A stretch of 64,000 bases of DNA, taken from Anaerolineae bacterium (GTDB lineage: Bacteria > Chloroflexota > Anaerolineae > B4-G1 > SLSP01). Positions 57,228 through 64,000 of the stretch are shown piece after piece. The stretch is taken from assembly GCA_025454475.1 (NCBI GenBank), contig JALOOJ010000001.1, positions 6,015-70,014 on the forward strand, given 5' to 3'. The translations under genes and the position numbers were made by a program. The notes beneath the pieces are model-generated. The model did no database searches. It saw nothing but the letters and a program-made list of their open reading frames with translations, and was not told where the DNA came from. Each line of letters begins with the position of its first letter. Within the stretch, counting starts at the first letter, position 1.

Positions 57228-58643
57228 CTACCCGCCAGTCACCAGTGCTATCAGCAGATCGTTAACGTTGGTGCCGGTGGGACCAAGCCGCAGGAGGTCG
57301 CCGGTGTGATCCAGTAGGTTATACGAATCATTGGCCGCCAGAGCAGCGTACGGGTCCAGTCCCTGGGACAGCGCCCGGCGGATGGTGTTGCCATCAACCA
57401 CAGCACCGGCGGCATCAGTCGGACCGTCAGAACCATCGGTAGCAAGGGCCAGAAGCGCAACACCATCCATACCATCGAGTCCCAATGCAGCCGCGAGCGC
57501 CAGCTCTTGGTTGCGCCCGCCCTTGCCTATGCCACGGACCGTGACCGTCGTCTCTCCGCCCCAGACGAGGCATGCCGGGGGACTCACGGGGTGACCGTGA
57601 GCACGCACGCCCCTGACCAGGGCGACCGCGACCTTGGCCACCTCACGCGCCTCGCCCTCGACAAAGGTCGTCAACAGGAGGCTCTCATACCCCAGGGCTT
57701 TCGCGCGCGCCACGGCAGCCTCTGCGGCCAGACGGTTCGACCCGATGAGCACCTGGGTGACGCTGTCGAAGACTGCGTCACCCGGCTTCGGCGTTTCCGG
57801 GTGGCCCCCACTCGCCCCAACTTGCAGGTATCGGACAACGGCGGACGGCACGCGTGCAAACAGATCGAAGCGCCGCAGGATCGTAAGGGCATCCGCATAC
57901 GTCGTGGGGTCGGGCGCCGTAGGGCCTGAGGCAATGACATCCAGCGGGTCCCCCACGACATCGGAAAGGATCAGGACTTCCATTCGAGCCGGCGCCGCGA
58001 GGCGGGCCATCTGTCCGCCCTTGAGCTGCGATAGGTGCTTGCGCACAGCGTTGAGCTCGACAATCGTGGCTCCCGCTCGGAGGAGCAGATCAGTCGTAAC
58101 CTGTAGGTCGTGCAACGTCAGGCCGGGTGCGGGCGCAGGCAGCAGGGCGGAGGCGCCCCCAGACAACAGCACCAGGACCAAGTCCTGCTCTGTCGCCGAC
58201 TTGAGCAGGTCCAGCACAACCTCACCCGCGCGCTGGCCCGCCTCATCCGGGATCGGATGCCCGGCCTCCATCACACGCAGCACCGGTGGAAGTAATCTCC
58301 CCTCGACGTGCCCAACCTTGGTGACGACTGCGCCACTGAAACGTGGCTGAGTTACGACATCCACGCCCAACGCCTCAACAGCAGCTGCCGCCATCGGCAC
58401 TGCGGCCTTGCCAACTGCGCAGAGGATCACGCGTTCGAAAGATCTGATAGCACGAACTGTGTCCCCGGATCTCTGAAGATAGCGGGTCACAGCAGCAGCA
58501 GGATTCACCGCGTCCAGCGCTACCTTCCGGAGATCCTCCAGGTCGTGACGCAGTGAAAGGCGAGGAGAGATAGGACAGCAAGGGATAGGGGCATCTTGCA
58601 GTCCCCTTGTCCCCTCTCCCTCTTCCGTAGTCCCTTCTGCCAT
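57228..58643 (-). CDS. glycerate kinase (MOFRL/GckA family, glycerate 2-kinase)
   Basis: MOFRL-family sequence pattern (VILCAVGKAAVPMA, LLSGGASALL, VWGGETTVTVRGIGKGGRNQELALAAALGL). Confidence 0.85.
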   Translation of the reverse strand: MAEGTTEEGEGTRGLQDAPIPCCPISPRLSLRHDLEDLRKVALDAVNPAAAVTRYLQRSGDTVRAIRSFERVILCAVGKAAVPMAAAAVEALGVDVVTQPRFSGAVVTKVGHVEGRLLPPVLRVMEAGHPIPDEAGQRAGEVVLDLLKSATEQDLVLVLLSGGASALLPAPAPGLTLHDLQVTTDLLLRAGATIVELNAVRKHLSQLKGGQMARLAAPARMEVLILSDVVGDPLDVIASGPTAPDPTTYADALTILRRFDLFARVPSAVVRYLQVGASGGHPETPKPGDAVFDSVTQVLIGSNRLAAEAAVARAKALGYESLLLTTFVEGEAREVAKVAVALVRGVRAHGHPVSPPACLVWGGETTVTVRGIGKGGRNQELALAAALGLDGMDGVALLALATDGSDGPTDAAGAVVDGNTIRRALSQGLDPYAALAANDSYNLLDHTGDLLRLGPTGTNVNDLLIALVTGG

Positions 58644-58658
58644 ATCCCTTGTCCTTGC

Positions 58659-60209
58659 CTACCGCCTGAGAACGGTCAGCGCCAGACTGGCGGCGGCCTC
58701 GGGCGAATCAACGTCCTGCTGAAGCAGCCCCGTTAGCCCTGCCTGGAGCGCACGCCGGACGGGGGCATCCACGGTCGGGGGCAGTACCGGCACCCCCTTC
58801 GTGAGCAGGTCGCTCAATACAGCCGCAACCTCCGGATCAATAGGCCACGCCTCAATCGCACTCCCCCGGGTCGGCATCAGCGTCGCGGCATAGGCCACAT
58901 CTGCCATGTGCTGGGCGGAGACCAACCAGCGCACCAACCCAAGCGCCGCCTCACGCCGAGCGGGATCCTGAGTAACCACGGCAAGTCCCCAGACCCTCAT
59001 GATAGTGATCGGGTCTCCAGTGACCGTCGGCGCCCAGCTCGGCAGCGTCTGCCGAGGAAGCGGGATGTCAGGAGGAGCCTCCCCGGCGGACGCTCGCGCA
59101 ACCAGGGATTGCCAATACATGCCCGCGGGTACTGGCGTCAACTCGCCAACTCCGGTCTGATAGAGCTCCCAACAAGCTGCGGCGTCAGACAGACTCAGCG
59201 CGACCTCAGCATCCAGAAGCGCACTATCCCGCATCATGCTGAAGAAGGTATAGACCCGCTCAAGGATCGCCCTGTCGAGTGTAGGCTGTCCTCCCTGATC
59301 CATTGCCCTCCCACCGGAGCCGAGGTACATCGACAGAAGGGCATCGCCCGCCAACCCATCGGCGGGCCCAGCAGGGAAGAGCATCTGGTAGTTGCCGCTG
59401 ATCACGTCCATCCAGGATAGGGGCAAGGTAGTAGGTGCCGTTACGACATCCACAGCCGTCGGAGTACCTTCAGCGATCGAAGTGACTTCAGGCGCCGGGG
59501 TACCCTCGGTCGTCGGAGTGCCCTCGGCAATCGGGGGGACTTCGTCCACCGGCACGGCATCGACCGCATACGCCAGATGCTCCGCTTTGGCAACATATGG
59601 AAACGCCCACACCGCTTGGTCCGTCGTCACGGAGCGCAACGCCGTGGGAAAGAACCCCGCATCGACAGGAAGAGCGGACGACAAGGACTGCAGCAGTCCC
59701 GCATCAGCGGCGGCAATGATGTCATGTTGATTCATGACCACCACATCCGGAAGGATCGACGGGGCTACGTCGTACGCGGTGCTTATCAGAGCATAGACGC
59801 TGCCCGCCCCTGTGTCGCTCTTGGCCACCACCTGCACCTGCACGTTCTGGGCAACCCCCACAAAGCTGCTCACCTGTGCAGAGAGCGCAGCTGCTGCTGC
59901 GGTATCCACATTCGGATTGAGGAAATCGGGCACCCAAAGCTGGAGCGACAACATCTGATTACCCTGTGGCGGGGTCGCTTCGCCAGGATCCGTCGGGACT
60001 ATGGCGGTTGCGGCCGGTGTCTCAAACGGATCCACCGACGATGCTGGTGGGCTGGGCATAGGCGTAAGCTCAAGCGTCGCCGTCGAGATGCCGGACAGGT
60101 TCAGGGGCAGACTTTCCAGCCAGGTGCAGCCGGCCATCAGCAGCAAGCTTATGGCCAACAGCCAGAATGTACGCAATACCCTGGTCACCAATACCCTCAT
60201 CCCTTGCAC
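58659..60209 (-). CDS. extracellular solute-binding lipoprotein (ABC SBP family 1-like) with Pro/Thr/Glu-rich insertion; no cognate permease genes adjacent
   Basis: Lipobox LLMAGC; overall SBP-like pattern; internal EGTPTTEGTPAPEVTSIAEGTPTAV repeat. Confidence 0.5.
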   Translation of the reverse strand: MQGMRVLVTRVLRTFWLLAISLLLMAGCTWLESLPLNLSGISTATLELTPMPSPPASSVDPFETPAATAIVPTDPGEATPPQGNQMLSLQLWVPDFLNPNVDTAAAAALSAQVSSFVGVAQNVQVQVVAKSDTGAGSVYALISTAYDVAPSILPDVVVMNQHDIIAAADAGLLQSLSSALPVDAGFFPTALRSVTTDQAVWAFPYVAKAEHLAYAVDAVPVDEVPPIAEGTPTTEGTPAPEVTSIAEGTPTAVDVVTAPTTLPLSWMDVISGNYQMLFPAGPADGLAGDALLSMYLGSGGRAMDQGGQPTLDRAILERVYTFFSMMRDSALLDAEVALSLSDAAACWELYQTGVGELTPVPAGMYWQSLVARASAGEAPPDIPLPRQTLPSWAPTVTGDPITIMRVWGLAVVTQDPARREAALGLVRWLVSAQHMADVAYAATLMPTRGSAIEAWPIDPEVAAVLSDLLTKGVPVLPPTVDAPVRRALQAGLTGLLQQDVDSPEAAASLALTVLRR

Positions 60210-60229
60210 CTCATCAACTCTCGTGCGTC

Positions 60230-61309
60230 CTACGGCCGACCGGCGTTTCCCGTGTATGCCTGAACGCTGCTGTAGATTGGGCGAGTCTGGAACTCCGGTG
60301 TCACAAAAGCGTAGTAGTCCTGATAGTTATACAGCGGCTGAGGAGTCCTGAACATCCACATCGCGACGACGGGACACCAGGGCCAGTGTTCGGCGGCCCA
60401 GTCATAGGCCCCGAGCGTGTACTGCACGCGCTGACCAGGCAGTACAGCCCAAGCCCAGCGTGGATGATCGTTCCAACCGGCCTCCGTAACGTAGATCTCC
60501 TTGTCCACATCGCCATAGCCATCCATGATACCACGCAGAAGCTCAACCCGGCGAAAGTTGATCACATCTTCGGAGGGTGGGGTCTCAGGCGAAAAAGCCA
60601 GGCCATAGGCATGGGCCGCCAGAGCATCGAAATAGGGCGCCGCTCCCGCTTCGTACATAGCCCGCAGGTAGAGCAGGTCATTGAGGCCAACGGAACTGCC
60701 GGCCGGCTCAAGCGTCGGCGCTAGAGCCCCAGCCAACACAACGACATCGGGAGCCGCCTGGCGAACTGCCGGCGTCACAGTCCGCAACAGATCCACATAG
60801 GCGGCCGGGTCAACCGGTCGATAGCCCCACTCAAAGCTCAGGTTTGGCTCATTCCAGATGATGATGTGGTCCACTTCACCACTATACCGCCCGACAAACG
60901 CCCCGACGAACCGTGCAAAATCCGCATAGGCACCCGGGTCGAGGTAGGTAAAGGTCGTCTCGATGTCGCGCGGATCGGGGCGCGCCCACGAAGGGACCAT
61001 GCCCAACCGCGCAACGACTTTGAGTCCCTGGTTGCTCGCGTGCGCGACAACCTCATCGCTGTGCTCCCAGGTAGTCTCACCGGGCTTGGGCTCGATATAG
61101 GCCCACGGAAAGTATTCCACGATCCACGGCGCACCCATCTCCCGTACCATCGCCAACGAGGCCTGGATTTTCCAGGTCTCGACTTCGTCCGTGAGCCGCG
61201 TATGGACGCCAACCTTGGGATTTGTTGTGTGCACCTCCTGGGGCGGGGGCAGGGCGTCCGACACAGGTTGAGGGCGGAGCACCCCCATAAACACGAACAG
61301 CAGGAGCAT
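60230..61309 (-). CDS. secreted glycoside hydrolase, GH5-like (TIM-barrel; NEP acid/base and TEAGW nucleophile motifs)
   Basis: IIIWNEPN and YVTEAGW motifs; N-terminal signal from MLLLFVFMGVL (start uncertain). Confidence 0.55.
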   Translation of the reverse strand: MLLLFVFMGVLRPQPVSDALPPPQEVHTTNPKVGVHTRLTDEVETWKIQASLAMVREMGAPWIVEYFPWAYIEPKPGETTWEHSDEVVAHASNQGLKVVARLGMVPSWARPDPRDIETTFTYLDPGAYADFARFVGAFVGRYSGEVDHIIIWNEPNLSFEWGYRPVDPAAYVDLLRTVTPAVRQAAPDVVVLAGALAPTLEPAGSSVGLNDLLYLRAMYEAGAAPYFDALAAHAYGLAFSPETPPSEDVINFRRVELLRGIMDGYGDVDKEIYVTEAGWNDHPRWAWAVLPGQRVQYTLGAYDWAAEHWPWCPVVAMWMFRTPQPLYNYQDYYAFVTPEFQTRPIYSSVQAYTGNAGRP

Positions 61310-61355
61310 GCGCGCACTTAGGCCGATCCGTTGGTTCGCCGCTCTTGTCCCCCCC

Positions 61356-62099
61356 ATGGCCCAAGGTTATAATCATCGGGTGGAAAGTCCAACCCAACCG
61401 ATCGAGTCTCTCGGCGCGTTCGTCCGAGAGCTAAGAGAAGCCCTCGAGGGGGATCTCCCCGGGATTGCAGCGCAGATGAAGATGGCTCCCGCCCAACGGC
61501 AAATGGAGCCGCTAACGACTGTTCCCCCGCGCCAATCCGCGGTGTTGGCCCTGCTCCACCCTTCTCCCGAAGGACTGGCGCTCTTCTTCACCGTGCGGTC
61601 AAACTCGCTGCGTCACCACGGGGGTCAGATCTCGTTTCCTGGGGGAGGAGTCGAGGCTCAGGACCTGACACCTCAGGACGCTGCGCTGCGGGAGACGGAG
61701 GAGGAACTGGGATTCTCCACTGAGGGCATAGACGTCCTGGGCAAGCTGACGCCGCTGTTCATCGCCCCAAGCCATAACATCGTCCATCCCTATGTCGGGT
61801 GGACGCCTGAGCAGCCAACCTTGCATCCTGATCCAGCCGAAGTTGCCTCGGTGCTAGTCGTGCCGATCGAGGTTCTGCTCGACCCAGGGACACAGAGTAG
61901 CTGCACCTGGAGACTGGATGGGCGAGAGCTGGCGGCGCCTTGCTTTGCAGTCAAGCAAGCTACCATCTGGGGAGCTACGGCGATGATGCTCAGCGAGTTG
62001 ATCGCGGTGATCCAGTCTGTCCCGACCGGAGTCCCCGCCCTGGCCCCGGAACGGGTCAGACGATGCGCCCCGCCAGATCGTAGGGCAGAGCTTCGGTAA
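61356..62099 (+). CDS. NUDIX hydrolase, CoA pyrophosphatase-like
   Basis: Nudix box GGQISFPGGGVEAQDLTPQDAALRETEEELG. Start uncertain: ATG at 61308, 61356 or 61476. Confidence 0.6.
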   Translation: MAQGYNHRVESPTQPIESLGAFVRELREALEGDLPGIAAQMKMAPAQRQMEPLTTVPPRQSAVLALLHPSPEGLALFFTVRSNSLRHHGGQISFPGGGVEAQDLTPQDAALRETEEELGFSTEGIDVLGKLTPLFIAPSHNIVHPYVGWTPEQPTLHPDPAEVASVLVVPIEVLLDPGTQSSCTWRLDGRELAAPCFAVKQATIWGATAMMLSELIAVIQSVPTGVPALAPERVRRCAPPDRRAELR

Positions 62100-63417
62100 T
62101 CTCCACCGTCACCAGACGATGGGGCTCTACCACCTCGCGAACTAACACGAGGCCGTCAATTTCGGGAGCATCGCGATAGGAACGTCCGACTGTCAGGTCG
62201 TCGCCAGAACCCTCCAGCAACACAGTAAGGCGCTTCCCGACAAACGTCTGATTGCGCTCGTACGAGATCTCCTGCTGCAGCGCCATAATCTGGTCATAGC
62301 GCGCTTCCTTGACCTCAGCCGGCACATCGTCGCCCAGCGCCGCAGCGGTCGTGCCTGCCTCGTTGGAATACGTGAAAACGCCAAGACGGTCAAACCGCAC
62401 CTCGGCCACAAAGTCAACGAGGTCCGCAAACTCGGCATCGGTCTCACCGGGAAACCCGACAATGAGCGTGGTGCGCAGCGCCACGTCAGGCATAGCGCTG
62501 CGCAGGGCATCGAGGGTCCGGCGAACCTGGTTCATATCGGCGGGGCGCCGCATACGCCGCAGCACATCAGGGTGAGCATGCTGTAGAGGCAGGTCGATGT
62601 AGGGCAGGATCTGTGGCGTATCGCGCATCACGTCGATCAGCCGTGGCGTGATATAACCCGGGAAGGCATACAGCACCCGAATCCAGGGCACCTCGGGCGC
62701 CACCGCCACCATGCGCTCGAACAGCTGTGCCAAACCATCGCGTTCGCCACGGTCTGCCCCGTAGTAGGTGGCATCCTGGGCGATGAGGTTGATCTCCAGC
62801 ATACCGTAGTCACGAAGCTGGCGCACATCCTCAAGGACGGCGTCGAAATCGCGGCTCACCGTCGGTCCTTTGATCGCGGGGATAGCGCAGAAGGCGCACT
62901 GTCGACTGCATCCATCGGCTATCTTGAGAAAAGCGCTCTTTCCCGAAATCACATAACCGGGAGCGTGAGCCTCCTCCGGCATCGTCGCCAGGCGCTCCTC
63001 CACCAATCGAACGGTTGGCTCACCTACAGCGGCCAGAAGGCGTTCGGCCAAGGGCACAATCTGTGGCCAGGAACGGGTCCCCAGGATGGCATCGATGCGC
63101 GGCACCGCCTCAAGAATGACATCCGGGTCACGCTGCGCCCAGCATCCGGCGGCGACCAGGCGTTGCTGTTTGGTGAGCGAAGCAGCAAGGTCCTGAAGCG
63201 TCTCCAGAGACTCAGCCCGAGCCGCCTCGATGAAGCCACACGTGTTGACGATGACGATGTCGGCCTGCTTCGCATCGAGTGTCGGTGTGTATCCCGATCT
63301 CTGCAACAAGACGCCCATCGCATTGGAGTCCACGGTGTTCTTGGGACAACCCAGAGAGGCGATATAGAAACGAAAGGGGCGCCGCGCGCCCCTGATGACA
63401 CTAAAGCGCTTTCTCAA
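62056..63417 (-). CDS. rimO: ribosomal protein S12 methylthiotransferase RimO (radical SAM MTTase with TRAM domain)
   Basis: FYIASLGCPKNTVDSN N-terminal MTTase domain, CAFCAIP radical SAM motif, C-terminal TRAM. Confidence 0.9.
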   Translation of the reverse strand: MRKRFSVIRGARRPFRFYIASLGCPKNTVDSNAMGVLLQRSGYTPTLDAKQADIVIVNTCGFIEAARAESLETLQDLAASLTKQQRLVAAGCWAQRDPDVILEAVPRIDAILGTRSWPQIVPLAERLLAAVGEPTVRLVEERLATMPEEAHAPGYVISGKSAFLKIADGCSRQCAFCAIPAIKGPTVSRDFDAVLEDVRQLRDYGMLEINLIAQDATYYGADRGERDGLAQLFERMVAVAPEVPWIRVLYAFPGYITPRLIDVMRDTPQILPYIDLPLQHAHPDVLRRMRRPADMNQVRRTLDALRSAMPDVALRTTLIVGFPGETDAEFADLVDFVAEVRFDRLGVFTYSNEAGTTAAALGDDVPAEVKEARYDQIMALQQEISYERNQTFVGKRLTVLLEGSGDDLTVGRSYRDAPEIDGLVLVREVVEPHRLVTVEITEALPYDLAGRIV

Positions 63418-63974
63418 GAGTCTCCAGGTACGTCGTCCAATGAGGTCTCACCTGTTGGAGTCCAGGCGCGCCGGATGATCTCACCCTGTCCGCCCAGAGT
63501 TCCCCAGTCGGTGCCATTGACGTAAAGCTGAAAGGCCCCGCCATTACCGGTGGAGACAATCAGAATCTCCTCTGCGGTAGCCTCCACGACCTGATCAGGC
63601 GCAGCAATCCCCTGAAACACGACCGCAGAATCCGCCGAGAGGCTAACCCACGCGTGACTGAGTGGCACGAGCCGAACGCGGACGGTGCCGTCAGCGGAGA
63701 CAGGGAAACTCGGCGTTGAAGGGACAGGCGTATCCAGCGTGGGTTGCACGACAGGCAAATTGAGTGTCGCGTCAGGTGTCGGCGATGACCCGGTGCCCGC
63801 ATCGGGTCCGAACCGCAGCCACACGAAACTACCCAGGGCAACAAGCACGAAGAAAGCGATCACACCCACAAGCACACGCATCACGCCACCGGAGGCGTTG
63901 GCGCGTACGGCGGCGCGCTCATCCTCAGCCGATGGCGGTGGAGGCGCCCAAGTTCGCGATCCAGGGCGGAGCAT
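63414..63974 (-). CDS. membrane-anchored DUF4115 (RodZ C-terminal domain-like) protein
   Basis: TM anchor then VRVRLVPLSHAWVSLSADSAVVFQGIAAPDQVVEATAEEILIVSTGNGGAFQLYVNGTDWGTLGG, matching the RodZ_C pattern. My local hand translation was off by one base relative to the track, so the exact start is uncertain. Confidence 0.45.
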   Translation of the reverse strand: MLRPGSRTWAPPPPSAEDERAAVRANASGGVMRVLVGVIAFFVLVALGSFVWLRFGPDAGTGSSPTPDATLNLPVVQPTLDTPVPSTPSFPVSADGTVRVRLVPLSHAWVSLSADSAVVFQGIAAPDQVVEATAEEILIVSTGNGGAFQLYVNGTDWGTLGGQGEIIRRAWTPTGETSLDDVPGDS

Positions 63975-64000
63975 GACCGCGCCATCGGCGACACGCGATG

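Noticed and set aside
1-64000. CRISPR arrays, integrases/transposases, rRNA genes, prophage or defence-island hallmarks
   Set aside because: Searched by eye for regularly spaced direct repeats, IS-type terminal inverted repeats with transposase ORFs, and rRNA-like conserved stretches; none found. The only dispersed repeats are the two elements reported.

Overview
This is a high-GC (roughly 65-70%) bacterial chromosomal segment, densely coded on both strands. No rRNA, tRNA, CRISPR array, transposase or integrase was recognised. The gene content is only a weak inference of a monoderm-like, Chloroflexota-type organism: GT-C glycosyltransferases with C-terminal beta-sandwich, an O-antigen-ligase/TPR giant membrane protein, many sortase/TAT-type secreted proteins, weak Shine-Dalgarno usage. 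Because of the GC content the six-frame track is full of spurious overlapping ORFs. I kept only ORFs with recognisable protein-family signatures, signal peptides, RBS context or operon logic, and corrected several starts by hand.

Neighbourhoods, in order:
- (-) strand, 1-4298: truncated M23 peptidase lipoprotein, a 40-aa RBS-bearing membrane micro-ORF, a radical SAM/SPASM enzyme, a TAT-signal acidic protein and a 600-aa beta-propeller/lectin-like protein.
- (+) strand, 4652-12440: a consensus sigma70 promoter driving a three-gene secreted redox operon. It encodes a YVTN beta-propeller fused to a di-heme cytochrome c peroxidase/MauG domain, a 1330-aa non-heme secreted giant, and a multiheme c-type cytochrome with a carboxypeptidase-regulatory-like domain.
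- 12668-22144: standalone homocysteine S-methyltransferase, AIM24/TIGR00266 protein, DegV, GNAT-like protein, GPH/MFS symporter, an orphan 2-oxoacid:ferredoxin oxidoreductase beta-gamma fusion, a GT-C membrane glycosyltransferase and a DUF3788-like protein.
- 22144-27866: a structured 700-bp leader, then a GldA-like ABC ATPase, a GldF-GldG fusion permease and a DUF4340 protein, closed by a clean terminator.
- 27944-34924: malQ, zupT with an OmpR/histidine-kinase pair, DUF4405, a Gly-rich secreted protein and a GDT1/UPF0016 transporter.
- (-) strand, 37042-43111: the most interesting locus. A textbook cobalamin riboswitch (B12-box core AGGAAGUCCGGUGAGAAUCCGGCGCUGUCCCGCAACGGUGA, with promoter and terminator/attenuator) controls an operon encoding two separately encoded, cell-surface-anchored proteins that look like the alpha (alpha/alpha-toroid) and beta (DUF4430) domains of transcobalamin/intrinsic factor. 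These are followed by an ECF S-component, EcfT and a fused EcfA1A2 ATPase, i.e. a putative surface B12-capture plus ECF-import system.
- 43615-63974: TDH-like SDR, UdgA, rimI-tsaB-tsaE, an MrfA/YprA-like DEAD helicase with DUF1998, PrsW protease, a DsbA-cyclophilin fusion lipoprotein, WecA-like GT4, the O-antigen-ligase/TPR giant, glycerate kinase, a solute-binding lipoprotein, a GH5-like hydrolase, a NUDIX CoA pyrophosphatase, rimO and a RodZ-C/DUF4115 protein.

Also noted: two same-orientation copies of a ~90-bp structured palindromic repeat with compensatory base changes (16466-16553 and 34088-34184), an exact 14-mer present three times around the B12 operon, several intrinsic terminators and promoters.

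One caution: a hand-translation around 63.9 kb disagreed with the supplied ORF track by a single base, so start coordinates I refined by hand should be treated as +/- a few bases.
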